Shown: piece after piece, positions 7,390 to 16,444 of the stretch
Layout of the letters: each line of letters starts with the position of its first letter
Numbering within the stretch: the stretch's first letter is position 1
Source: Frankiales bacterium
GTDB lineage: Bacteria > Actinomycetota > Actinomycetes > Mycobacteriales > SCTD01
Reading direction: 5' to 3'
DNA length: 40,679 nucleotides
Assembly (NCBI GenBank): GCA_043740815.1
Contig: JAYUBO010000021.1
Span: 1-40,679, forward strand
Translations under genes and position numbers: made by a program
Notes under the pieces: model-generated
Told to the model about the DNA's origin: nothing
Databases searched by the model: none
What the model saw: only the letters and a program-made list of their open reading frames with translations

Positions 7390-8637
7390 ATGACCCGACT
7401 TCCCGTTGCCGACGCGCTGGCTTCGGTCCTGCCCGGCCGTGCCCGTTTTGAGGCCTACGACGGTTCGAGCGCCGGTTCGTCGGACTCCGGAATCACCTTG
7501 CGGATCCAGTCGCCGAGGGCACTGTCGCACCTGGTGTCCGCCCCGGGACAGCTGGGGATGGCTCGGGCCTACGTGTCCGGTGAGCTCGACGTGGATGCCC
7601 CTGACCACTACACGCTGCTGCGGGCAATGACCCGCACCAACATGGGCGACCTGTCTTGGTCTGAGCGGATGCACGTTCTGCGTTCGCTCGGCCTGGAGGC
7701 GCTGCACTGGGTCGAGCCGCCCCCGCAGGAGGTGGGTGCCAAGCGTTACCTCGCCGGACTCCGGCGGCACACCAAGGGCCGCGACGCCCTGGCGATCTCC
7801 CACCACTACGACGTGTCGAACGCCTTCTACCGCTGGGTCCTCGGGCCATCAATGGCCTATACCTGCGCGATCTATCCCACCGAAACGACGACCCTCGAGC
7901 AGGCGCAGTACGCCAAGTTCGACCTGGTCTGCCACAAGCTCGGGCTGCAGCCTGGGATGCGGCTGCTTGACGTCGGTTGCGGCTGGGGCGGCATGGCCAT
8001 GCATGCCGCTGAGCACTACGGCGTCGACGTCGTCGCGGCAACCCTGAGCCGGCAGCAGGCCGAGTGGGGTCGCGAACAGGCCGCCGAGCGGGGCCTCGCC
8101 GACCGGGTCGACATCCGTTTCAGCGACTACCGCGACGTCCTCGACACCGGGTTCGACGCCATCAGCTCCATCGGCCTCACCGAGCACATCGGGATCGCCC
8201 AGCTCCCGTCGTACACGGACTTCCTGGCTGAGAAGCTGGTGCCGCGCGGTCGGCTGCTCAACCACTGCATCACCCGGCCCGACGACCACTCGCCGCCCAT
8301 CAGCAAGCGCGGCTTCATCCCGCGGTACGTCTTCCCCGACGGCGAGCTGCCCGGTGTGGGGCGCATCGTGCGGGAGCTGCAGCGTTCCGGGCTCGAGGTG
8401 CGTCACGAGGAGAACCTGCGTGAGCACTACGCGCTGACCTGCCAGGCCTGGTGCGACAACCTCGAAGCGCACTGGGACGAAGCCGTGGTGGCGGTCGGAC
8501 TCGGTACCGCGAGGGTCTGGGCGCTCTACCTGGCCGGGTCGCGGCTCGCCTTCGAGACCGGCCAGATCCAGCTACACCAGGTGCTCGCAGTCAAGTCCGT
8601 CGCCGGCGACTCGGGCATGCCACTGCGTGGCTTCTAG
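7390..8637 (+). CDS. bfaB: Cyclopropane-fatty-acyl-phospholipid synthase family SAM-dependent methyltransferase (BfaB/UfaA1/TmsB-like)
   Basis: SAM motif LLDVGCGWGGMAMHAA and CMAS-family length (415 aa). It starts 27 nt after the FAD oxidoreductase. Confidence 0.88.
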   Translation: MTRLPVADALASVLPGRARFEAYDGSSAGSSDSGITLRIQSPRALSHLVSAPGQLGMARAYVSGELDVDAPDHYTLLRAMTRTNMGDLSWSERMHVLRSLGLEALHWVEPPPQEVGAKRYLAGLRRHTKGRDALAISHHYDVSNAFYRWVLGPSMAYTCAIYPTETTTLEQAQYAKFDLVCHKLGLQPGMRLLDVGCGWGGMAMHAAEHYGVDVVAATLSRQQAEWGREQAAERGLADRVDIRFSDYRDVLDTGFDAISSIGLTEHIGIAQLPSYTDFLAEKLVPRGRLLNHCITRPDDHSPPISKRGFIPRYVFPDGELPGVGRIVRELQRSGLEVRHEENLREHYALTCQAWCDNLEAHWDEAVVAVGLGTARVWALYLAGSRLAFETGQIQLHQVLAVKSVAGDSGMPLRGF

Positions 8638-8658
8638 GGACTGGCCTCGGGCGGTCCG

Positions 8659-9768
8659 TCAGAGCTGGTACGGCGTCGGCGTCCGGTTGGCCGGTCGCAC
8701 CGGCGAGATTGGCGCGTCCCCGGTCCCCCGCGGACCCGTCCAGGGCCCCGGGACCGCGTCGAGGCGGTCCATGAGCGCGTAGGCGACCGCCTCGTAGTTG
8801 ACCCGCCAGCCGCGAAAGTCCGGCCAGGCCTGCTCGGGCGTGCGTTCCATCGGGAAGCTCGTCGAGGCGATCCGGGCGATGCCGCCGAGGTAGTCGTCGT
8901 AGGAGAGCATCAAGTCCGTGTCCGGGTCAGGGTCGTGGTCCACCTCCAGTCCCAGGGTGTCAGCCAGGGACCGCAGTGCCATGAAGCCCATCCGAAGGCA
9001 CAGCCGGGCCTCGATGATGGGGGCTCGACGCGGGGACAGGGCCATCCACAGGGCGGCGGAGTCGAGTACCGCAACCTGTGCGACCAGCCACGAGCTCAGG
9101 TGCGCGGGCGAGCGGAACCGGGTCAGCACCGGGTAGTTGGTGTGGCTCTCGGACAGGTCCGCGGCCCACCGCTCCCAGCTGAGGTAAAAGGCGTCCATGA
9201 CGGCCCCGTCGTCGTCGACGCCGAATCCAAAGCGGGTCCGGGCCAAGATCTCCGGTCCCCAGGCCGGTGTCCCGGCTCGGCTGGCCAGCAGGGTCACCTC
9301 CGTCTCGCGGCGGTTGAAAGCCGAGTAGAGCGTCGGCAGGTAGCCGATTTGGAGCGCCACCACCACGAGGCCGGTCGCGGCCGCGAGGTAGTCGACGACG
9401 GTGAGCGTCGCGTTACTGGGGGCGGCGTATCCCAGGGTGAACAGCGAGGAGCCGGCCTGCGCGAACGCGTGCCCGAAGCCCTTCTCATCGAATCGCTGCA
9501 GGATCAGCGCGAAGCCCAGGAAAAAAAGCATCAGCCAGGTCGCGAGCTGCAGCAAGATCGTGGTCGACGCCTGGCTGGCAAGGCGTCGGTCGCGGCTCTG
9601 GTAATCGCGGACCTTGTGCGACGCCAGCCGGTAGCCGGCGTTGACGACCCGGTCGACGCCCTGGCTGATCCGGTCACGAGAACGGCGCGGCACGACCAGG
9701 GTGGTGATGACGCTCGCCCAGGTGAGGACGACGACAAAGACACCGAGCACTGCACCGACGACATCCAT
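8659..9768 (-). CDS. Membrane protein with a K+-channel-like pore module and a large cytoplasmic C-terminal domain
   Basis: Start taken at ATG 9768 (MDVVGAVLGVF...), because the longer ORF overlaps the upstream gene. Layout is TM - SSLFTLGYAAPS (pore-loop-like) - TM, then about 200 aa predicted soluble. Confidence 0.7.
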   Translation of the reverse strand: MDVVGAVLGVFVVVLTWASVITTLVVPRRSRDRISQGVDRVVNAGYRLASHKVRDYQSRDRRLASQASTTILLQLATWLMLFFLGFALILQRFDEKGFGHAFAQAGSSLFTLGYAAPSNATLTVVDYLAAATGLVVVALQIGYLPTLYSAFNRRETEVTLLASRAGTPAWGPEILARTRFGFGVDDDGAVMDAFYLSWERWAADLSESHTNYPVLTRFRSPAHLSSWLVAQVAVLDSAALWMALSPRRAPIIEARLCLRMGFMALRSLADTLGLEVDHDPDPDTDLMLSYDDYLGGIARIASTSFPMERTPEQAWPDFRGWRVNYEAVAYALMDRLDAVPGPWTGPRGTGDAPISPVRPANRTPTPYQL

Positions 9769-9790
9769 GCCGGCAAGTCTGCCAGCCCGA

Positions 9791-11017
9791 CTAGTTGCCC
9801 CAACTCGCGAAGGGGATGTTCCAGTCGGACATGCCGGGGTCGGACAGCCGCGGCGACGCCGATGCGTGGATGACGTCGACGACGTCTCCGCGCTTGGCCT
9901 GGTCGAAGAACCAAGCGGAGTCCGCGGGCGAGACGTTGACACAGCCATGGCTCACGTTGCGGATGCCCTGGTCCTTGACGCTCCAGCCGGCCGAGTGCAC
10001 GAACTCGCCGCTGTAAGAGATCCGGACGCTGTTCGGGACCTTCTCGAAGTAGCCGTCCGGGCTCTTGCGGGGGATACCCACCGTCGCCGAGTCCATGATC
10101 TTGAGCTTGGTCTTCTCGAGCACCAGGTGAACGCCGCCCTGCGTGGGGTACTTGTCGCGGCCGGTACTGACTTTGACGGTCCGTGCGAGCGTCCCGTCGA
10201 CCGCGACCCGCATGACGTGTGCGGTCACGTCGACCGTGCTGACCACCCTTGACCCGATGCTGTACGACGTGGTGCGCACGCCCTCGCCCCACGTCCCACC
10301 AGACAGGTGGAGCGTGCGGAAGTCGGCGCGGACCTTGATCGTGGAGTGCGCAGCCCAGTACGACGGGCCGCGGTAGTGCAGCTCTGTCGGCGACATCCAG
10401 CGCCAAGCGCCGGTGACGGACGGGCTCGCGGTGACGTTCAGTCGCTGCTCGAGCGCCGCCCGGTCGGCTGCGCCGGTCACGGCTCTGTCCAGGGTCAAGA
10501 TGACCGGCATCCCGACGCCCACGACATCGCCGTCACCGGGGCTAAGAACGGCGTGCACGGTCGTCGCCGGTGGCGTCGTGCGCGTTGACACGGCCAGCGT
10601 GCGTACCTTGCCCGCCCTGTCGAGCACGGTGGCTGTGACGGTGTACGTCGAGGCAGGGAGCAGGGTCGTCGCCGAGGTCCAGCCAGTGTCGGTGAGCTCG
10701 CCGTCGACGGCAGCGTCGTTGGAGCCGACCGCCGTCACGCTCGTCAAGGTCCCGTCGGTGACGGCGACCGACAAAGGACGGTCCCACGGGACCGTGCCGG
10801 CCCGCTGGCCGACGGCCCTCACGACCGGGACCGGTATGGGTTTTTTGGCCGCCACCGGAACCGGCGCCACGGACCCAGCACCACCACCGTTGTGGCTCGC
10901 TGCCCAGCCGACCCCGCCGCCGAGCGCGACGGCACCGGCGAGCGTGCAGACGAGGACCCGCAGCCGGACGCGGCCGGTCGGAGAGGCTGTCCCGGGTGTC
11001 GCTGGTGCGGTGGTCAT
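9791..11017 (-). CDS. L,D-transpeptidase (YkuD domain) with N-terminal Ig-like domains
   Basis: Catalytic motif VSHGCVNV. N-terminal signal/anchor RVLVCTLAGAVALGG. ATG 11017 has GAGGGGA 7 nt upstream. The alternative ATG at 11071 has its SD sequence too close. Confidence 0.88.
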   Translation of the reverse strand: MTTAPATPGTASPTGRVRLRVLVCTLAGAVALGGGVGWAASHNGGGAGSVAPVPVAAKKPIPVPVVRAVGQRAGTVPWDRPLSVAVTDGTLTSVTAVGSNDAAVDGELTDTGWTSATTLLPASTYTVTATVLDRAGKVRTLAVSTRTTPPATTVHAVLSPGDGDVVGVGMPVILTLDRAVTGAADRAALEQRLNVTASPSVTGAWRWMSPTELHYRGPSYWAAHSTIKVRADFRTLHLSGGTWGEGVRTTSYSIGSRVVSTVDVTAHVMRVAVDGTLARTVKVSTGRDKYPTQGGVHLVLEKTKLKIMDSATVGIPRKSPDGYFEKVPNSVRISYSGEFVHSAGWSVKDQGIRNVSHGCVNVSPADSAWFFDQAKRGDVVDVIHASASPRLSDPGMSDWNIPFASWGN

Positions 11018-11168
11018 GCGGGGGTCCCCTCGCGGGCCGGGTGGGTCAGAGACCGGCCTCGTGTATGTCATCTTCCTTCAGGACGCGCGGCGACGGCGGA
11101 AAGTTGCATGTTAGCCAGGTCACTTCGTGGTGAGTGTTGCCAAGTGGACAGCGTCGGACGGCTAGCGA

Positions 11169-11879
11169 TCACCCAGGCGAGGCAGAGCCCACGGTCATGC
11201 GGCCGCGCAGCACCAGCCCTCGGTGCGTCCCAGGGAGCAACCAGCGTGCCAGGTCACCGGTGCTCTCGGTCTCGACGACGACCCTCGCCAGCCGCGAGCG
11301 GGACATCGACCGGGTGACAGAGCTGCTCACCGCGCCGGCGCCGTCGACCTGGGTCGAGCCGAGCCGAATGACCGACGGCAGCCACGGCCCCGCCGGTCGG
11401 GCCGTGGCCCTCACGCGCCAGCCGTTGCCCCGGACCTGCCGGTCGAGGGCTCCACCGCTGAAGGTCGCCAACGTCTTGGGCAACGACCAGTGCGAGCGGC
11501 CACCCTGGATCGAGGTCAGGCTGTCCACGGCGATGAAAGGAACATGCACCCTGGCCAGGACGCCCCGGCGCACGGCACCTGCCAGCAGCCGCGGGCTGGC
11601 CAGGACCTCCGAGTACGGCCCCACGGGGGTGTCGAGGTAGGTGATGAAGGCGCCAACGGTCACCTTCGGGCCCGCCGGCAGCCCCGGGGGGAGCAGGGCC
11701 TGGCCTGACAGGGTTGCCCGGTGCCACCACACGGTGGCCTCGATCCGACAGTCCCACGGTGGGCCTGGCGTGCCTGCCGGGAGCTGCCCGATCATGCTGT
11801 CGGAAAGGCCGGACTCCGGCACACCTGGCAGGTCCGCAAGCATCACCAACCCAGTGTGCGCCAGACTGGTGTCGCACAC
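11169..11879 (-). CDS. Acetoacetate decarboxylase-like family protein (tentative)
   Basis: ORF with good GC3 and ...VGAFITYLDTPVGPYSEVL...HVPFIAVDS...SHWSLPK. Start set at GTG 11879 so that it does not overlap the divergent gene at 11901. ATG 11843 is an alternative. Confidence 0.55.
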   Translation of the reverse strand: MCDTSLAHTGLVMLADLPGVPESGLSDSMIGQLPAGTPGPPWDCRIEATVWWHRATLSGQALLPPGLPAGPKVTVGAFITYLDTPVGPYSEVLASPRLLAGAVRRGVLARVHVPFIAVDSLTSIQGGRSHWSLPKTLATFSGGALDRQVRGNGWRVRATARPAGPWLPSVIRLGSTQVDGAGAVSSSVTRSMSRSRLARVVVETESTGDLARWLLPGTHRGLVLRGRMTVGSASPG

Positions 11880-11900
11880 AGCAACCTGGGCTAACGAAGG

Positions 11901-13163
11901 ATGAGCATGAGCGAGTGGGGTCGGGTCACCGACGACGGGACGGTCTTCGTGAAGACCACCGACGGAGAGCGGGCCGTGGGGTCCTGGCATGCCGGCACGC
12001 CGGAGCAGGGACTGGCGCACTTCGTGCGGCGCTACGAGCAGCTCGCTACCGAGGTCACACTGCTCGAGCAGCGCCTGCGCAGTGGAGCAGGTGACCCCCG
12101 TCAGGTCGCGACCAGCGCGGAGCGTCTGCGTGAGGGCCTGCCCACCGCCCCCGCTGTCGGTGACCTCGAGGCTCTAGGTCGTCGCGTCGAGGGGCTGCTG
12201 GAGAAGACCGCCAGTGCCGTCGAGGAGCACAACGCCGCCCGTGCGGCGGCCAAGGAGGAGAACGCCGCCAAGCTCGGTGCGCTCGCGGACGAGGCCGAGA
12301 AGCTCGCCGCCTCCTCGAACTGGAAGGACTCCGGGGAGCGGCTGCGGACCCTCGGTCAGGACTGGAAGCGCGTCACGGGCGTCGACAAGAAGACCGCCGA
12401 CGCCCTCTGGGAGCGCGTTGCCGCCGCCCGGGCGAAGTTCGGCGAGCGCCGTACGGCGCATTTCGGGGCCCTCGAGCAACAACGCAGCGTCTCGCAGGAG
12501 CGTAAGCAGAAGCTGGTCAAGGACGCCGAGAAGCTGTCGACGTCGACGGACTGGAAGGCGACAGCCGAGGCCTACAAGTCGCTCATGGCGGACTGGAAGG
12601 CGGCCGGACGCGCACCCCGTGAGGTCGAGGACACCCTGTGGAACGCCTTCAAGGGCGCGCAGGACGTGTTCTTCCAGGCCCGCAGCGCCTCCTTCGCCGA
12701 GAAAGACCAGGAGTTCGTCGGCAACCAGAAGGTCAAGGAGCAGATCCTGGCCGAGGCCGAGGCGCTCGAGATGCCCGGCGGCAAGAGCCGGTTACGCCAG
12801 CTCCAGGAGAAGTGGGACGAGGCGGGCAAGGTCCCCCGCGACGTGATGAAGTCCCTCGAGGACCGGCTGGCCAAGGTCGAGGAGAAGTTCCGGGGTACTC
12901 CGGACGTCTCGCACGTCAAGACGACCGAGTCACCGTTCGTGGTGCGGCTCAAGGAGAAAGTCGCGGACTTGGAGGGCAAGCTCGTCAAGGCCCGCGAGGC
13001 CGGCCGTCCGACGGGCGACCTGGAGGCGCAGCTAGAAACCCAGCGGCAGTGGCTCTCGCAGGCCGGGGTCACCGCAGCGCCGTCCACCCCGGTGGTCGAT
13101 CCGCAGCCGACGCCGGCCCCGGTCAAGAAGCCGACGACCGCTTGGGTGCGCGCCGACTCCTGA
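11901..13163 (+). CDS. DUF349 domain-containing protein
   Basis: Repeated Lys/Glu-rich helical units containing conserved Trp (NWKDSGERLR..., DWKATAEAYK..., EKWDEAGKVPRD) after a GRVTDDGTVFVKT N-terminus. Confidence 0.85.
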   Translation: MSMSEWGRVTDDGTVFVKTTDGERAVGSWHAGTPEQGLAHFVRRYEQLATEVTLLEQRLRSGAGDPRQVATSAERLREGLPTAPAVGDLEALGRRVEGLLEKTASAVEEHNAARAAAKEENAAKLGALADEAEKLAASSNWKDSGERLRTLGQDWKRVTGVDKKTADALWERVAAARAKFGERRTAHFGALEQQRSVSQERKQKLVKDAEKLSTSTDWKATAEAYKSLMADWKAAGRAPREVEDTLWNAFKGAQDVFFQARSASFAEKDQEFVGNQKVKEQILAEAEALEMPGGKSRLRQLQEKWDEAGKVPRDVMKSLEDRLAKVEEKFRGTPDVSHVKTTESPFVVRLKEKVADLEGKLVKAREAGRPTGDLEAQLETQRQWLSQAGVTAAPSTPVVDPQPTPAPVKKPTTAWVRADS

Positions 13164-13177
13164 CCGCGGCGTCTAGG

Positions 13178-13879
13178 TCAGCTCACGTTCTTTTTGAGGA
13201 AGTCCACCGCACGCTTCCACGCCAGCGCAGCGTCGTCGGGGGAGTAGGTCCCCATCGGGTTCTCGTCGTTATGGAAGGCGTGCCCGGCGGCGTAGTAGTG
13301 GAACTGCACCTGCGCCCCGGACTCGCTGCGGATCTGCTCCTCCTGCGCCTTTGCCTGGTCTACCGGATAGAAACCGTCCTGCTCGGCGTAGTGCCCCTGC
13401 ACTGCCGCAGTCAGCCCCGTGAACGTCGAGGGAGTGCCGGGGCCGACGCCGTAGAACGGGACGGCGGCGCTCACCCGCGCCCCCTGCTGGGCGGCAAGGG
13501 ACAGCACGAAGCCACCACCCATGCAGAAGCCGATGGCCCCCACGGTCGCCGACGTCACGCGGTCGTCGGCGAGCAGGAAGTCGACGGCGCCGGACAGGTC
13601 GCGCGCGGCACCGTCAACCGGCAGTGCCGTCATCAGGGCGCCGGCCTCGTCGGCGTCGTGGGCGGTCTTGCCGCCGTACAGGTCGGGGGCGAGGGCGACA
13701 AAGCCTTCCGAGGCGAGCCGGTCGGCGATCGAGGCGATGTGGTCGGTCAGACCCCACCACTCCTGGATCACGATGACGCCGGGACCGGAGCCGCCAGCGG
13801 GTACGGCGAGGTAGCCGTGAGCGGTGTTGCCGTTGCTCGGGAAGGTGACGTTCTGGCGGGGGTTCTCGTCGAGAGTCAT
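13178..13879 (-). CDS. Dienelactone hydrolase family protein
   Basis: VIVIQEWWGL, nucleophile elbow IGFCMGGG, C-terminal HAFHND. Confidence 0.9.
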   Translation of the reverse strand: MTLDENPRQNVTFPSNGNTAHGYLAVPAGGSGPGVIVIQEWWGLTDHIASIADRLASEGFVALAPDLYGGKTAHDADEAGALMTALPVDGAARDLSGAVDFLLADDRVTSATVGAIGFCMGGGFVLSLAAQQGARVSAAVPFYGVGPGTPSTFTGLTAAVQGHYAEQDGFYPVDQAKAQEEQIRSESGAQVQFHYYAAGHAFHNDENPMGTYSPDDAALAWKRAVDFLKKNVS

Positions 13880-13937
13880 CCCTTAGTCCTACCTGGTCAG
13901 GCCACAGCGTGCACCTTGCCGAGCTCGGCTGGTCTTG

Positions 13938-14651
13938 TCAGCCCGGGACGGGGTAGGCGACGATGTCCGTGACGCTCCGGCCGGCGTCCAGACCCTGCTG
14001 TTCGAAGCGGGTGACCGGCCGGTGTGCGGGGCGGGGCAGGACCGAGGCGGTCCAGCCGTCGGCGAGCATCTCGAGGGCGTGCTCGGCATAGGCGCTGACA
14101 TCGGTGGCCATGTGCAGCCGGCCTCCCGGTGCGAGCCGTGACGCGACCAGGGCGGCGAAGTCGGGCCGGACCAGCCGTCGCTTGGCGTGCTTGGCCTTGG
14201 GCCAGGGGTCGGGGAAGAACAGTCGTACCTCAGCCAGCGACGACGGCGGCAGTGCCTCCAGAACAACGACCGCGTCGTCGCGGGCGACCCGGACGTTGGT
14301 GAGGTCCTGCTCCTCGAGCCGGCGCAGCAGGGCAGCGACACCGGCAGGGTGCACCTCGACCGCGATCAGGTCGAGGTGGGGTGTGGCGGCCGCCATCGCT
14401 GCCGTCGCCTCCCCCATCCCGGAGCCGATCTCGATGATGAGGCCCCGTTCACCGGCCAACCCCGCGTACGGCGCGTCGACGCCGTACACCGACCAGAGCC
14501 GGGAGAGCGCCTCCTGGGAGACCGGGCCGAGCCTGCCGGCCCGGACCTTGTAGCTGCGGATCCGCTCCGGGTGCTCGAGGGCCGACCTAGGCGACGTACT
14601 CGCGCAACCCGTCGGCCCGACCGCCCAGGCGCAGCTCTGCCAGCGTGTCAC
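13938..14651 (-). CDS. trmB: tRNA (guanine46-N7)-methyltransferase
   Basis: [11 protein letters not shown] motif and [16 protein letters not shown]. The only canonical in-frame start is GTG 14651, which overlaps the upstream sigma gene by 65 nt. Confidence 0.85.
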   Translation of the reverse strand: MTRWQSCAWAVGPTGCASTSPRSALEHPERIRSYKVRAGRLGPVSQEALSRLWSVYGVDAPYAGLAGERGLIIEIGSGMGEATAAMAAATPHLDLIAVEVHPAGVAALLRRLEEQDLTNVRVARDDAVVVLEALPPSSLAEVRLFFPDPWPKAKHAKRRLVRPDFAALVASRLAPGGRLHMATDVSAYAEHALEMLADGWTASVLPRPAHRPVTRFEQQGLDAGRSVTDIVAYPVPG

Positions 14652-16167
14652 GCTCGATCTGGCGGATCCGCTCGCGGGTCAGGCCCAGATGGCGGCCGAC
14701 CTCGTCAAGGGTACGCGGGCGGCCGTCGTCGAGGCCGAAGCGCATCCGGACGACGATCGCGGAACGCTCGGGCAGCGAGCCCAGGACCTCGGACAACTGA
14801 GTCTGCAGCATCTGGGTCTCGACCGCCGCGACCGGGTCGACTGACTCGGTGTCGGTGATGAAGTCGCCAAGGGTTGCCTCGTCGTCACCGACCGGGCTCT
14901 GCAGGGACAGCGTGTCGCGACCGAACGCGATGATCTCCTCGACCTTCGCTGCGGTCATCTCCAGCGGCAGGCCGATCTCCTCCGAGGAGGGGTCGCGGCC
15001 GAGCGACTGGGTGAGCTCGCGCCGGACCCGGGTCACCTTGGTGATCAGCTCCGCCATGTGCACGGGCACGCGGATCGTGCGTCCCTGGTCGGCCAGCGCC
15101 CGCTGCAGGGCCTGACGGATCCACCACGTCGCGTACGTCGAGAACTTGTAGCCCTTGGCGTAGTCGAACTTCTCCACTGCGCGCACCAGACCGAGGTTGC
15201 CTTCCTGGACCAGATCAAGCAGGTCCAGCCCGCGTCCCTGGTAGCGCTTGGCCAGGGACACCACGAGGCGCAGGTTGGCCTCGAGCAGGTGCCGCTTGGC
15301 CTTGTCGCCGTCGTGGACGATCCAGGCCAGGTCGCGTTTGGTCGTGGGGGTGAGCTTGAGCCCCTCCTCGGCGTTCTGACGCAGCTTCTCGGTGGCGAAC
15401 AGCCCCGCCTCGATGCGCTTGGCGAGGTCGACCTCCTCGACGGCGGTCAGCAGCGGGACGCGGCCGATCTCGCGGAGGTAGGCCTTCACCAGGTCGATGC
15501 CGGGCGGCGGCTCGTCCAGGGCGAGAGGCTTGTCCTCCTCGGCAACGACGGGGGTCGGCGTGCCGTCCTCGTCCTCGTCGTCCTCCTCGTCGGCTGCGGC
15601 CGGCGCTGCCGCGGGGAGGACCTTCTTCGCCGCAGCGCGGCTGGCACGGACGCGAGGTGCGGGGGCCGTGCTGCCGGTGCCGGTGGCAGCGGTCTGGAGG
15701 ACGACCGCCGGCTCGGTCGCGTCGGTAGTCGTGAGGGTCGCGGTGCTGTCGGTCACGGTGGGGGTGACCTCCTCGCTGGTGAGGGTGGCGGTGATGCCGG
15801 TGGCAGCGGTGCCGGAAGTGGTGGGGGTGGTGGGGGTGTCGCTCGGGTGCGAGCTGCGGGCCGCCGGCTCGGCCGTGGTCCGGCCGACGGGACGGCTGGC
15901 CTGCTTTGCCGCAGGGCGGGCGGCCGGGCGCGCAGCCGGGGTACGGCGCGACGGGGCCTTGGGCTCACTGGCGCTGTCGCCGGTCACGATTACCGTGCCG
16001 CCCTCGGTGAGGCGACGAAGCACCACGCGGCCTTCGTCGGGGCCGATGCCGGCCTGCTCGAAGGTGCTCCGTAGTTGGGCAAGGGACAGCTGTCCCTGCG
16101 CCTGGGCACGCGCGACCAACGCCTCCACCGCAACAGCAGTGTCGCAGGGGCGGGCAGCGGTGGGCAT
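14587..16167 (-). CDS. sigB: Sigma-70 family sigma factor, SigB-like conserved core with a long N-terminal extension (526 aa)
   Basis: ATG 16167 with AAGGAG upstream. Regions 2-4 are present ([26 protein letters not shown]). The C-terminus [16 protein letters not shown]...[10 protein letters not shown]...[12 protein letters not shown] is like mycobacterial SigB. The N-terminus has a region-1.1-like segment and a Thr/Ala/Pro-rich linker. Confidence 0.88.
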   Translation of the reverse strand: MPTAARPCDTAVAVEALVARAQAQGQLSLAQLRSTFEQAGIGPDEGRVVLRRLTEGGTVIVTGDSASEPKAPSRRTPAARPAARPAAKQASRPVGRTTAEPAARSSHPSDTPTTPTTSGTAATGITATLTSEEVTPTVTDSTATLTTTDATEPAVVLQTAATGTGSTAPAPRVRASRAAAKKVLPAAAPAAADEEDDEDEDGTPTPVVAEEDKPLALDEPPPGIDLVKAYLREIGRVPLLTAVEEVDLAKRIEAGLFATEKLRQNAEEGLKLTPTTKRDLAWIVHDGDKAKRHLLEANLRLVVSLAKRYQGRGLDLLDLVQEGNLGLVRAVEKFDYAKGYKFSTYATWWIRQALQRALADQGRTIRVPVHMAELITKVTRVRRELTQSLGRDPSSEEIGLPLEMTAAKVEEIIAFGRDTLSLQSPVGDDEATLGDFITDTESVDPVAAVETQMLQTQLSEVLGSLPERSAIVVRMRFGLDDGRPRTLDEVGRHLGLTRERIRQIERDTLAELRLGGRADGLREYVA

Positions 16168-16338
16168 GGTGCTTCTCCTTGATGGTGGGGAACTCTGGGA
16201 CGAACGAGACACTGGGCTGCGGACGGGTAGGACTCGTGTGGTTCGTGGCCAACCGTGCTCGCCGTTGCAGCGAGTACGATGGAAAGCCACTACCGCGGGT
16301 GGGGCCGCGCAACGGCATGCTGACGCCCGTATGGGCTC

Positions 16339-16364
16339 AACGATCCCAGGCTTCTGGGTGTTCC
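16339..16364 (-). promoter_or_regulatory. ECF (SigH/SigR/SigE-type) promoter candidate GGAAC-N17-CGTT upstream of the sigB-like gene
   Basis: On the minus strand GGAAC is at 16364-16360 and CGTT at 16342-16339. It lies about 170 nt upstream of the ATG. Confidence 0.4.
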
Positions 16365-16444
16365 GAAAGTTGTTGGTCGGTGAACTCTCTCACAGGACGC
16401 AGCCAATCCTGCTTCACTATGGCATCGCGGCCGCCCTGTCGCCG

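Noticed and set aside
8659-9948. Full 429-aa version of the channel-like ORF
   Set aside because: The first 60 codons overlap the 3' end of the L,D-transpeptidase gene and are Ser/Thr/Arg/Pro-rich. MDVVGAV at 9768 starts directly with the first TM helix.
16168-16290. 41-codon N-terminal extension of the sigB-like ORF
   Set aside because: ATG 16167 has a canonical AAGGAG SD and is followed by the region-1.1-like segment. The extension is Arg/Ser/Pro-rich.
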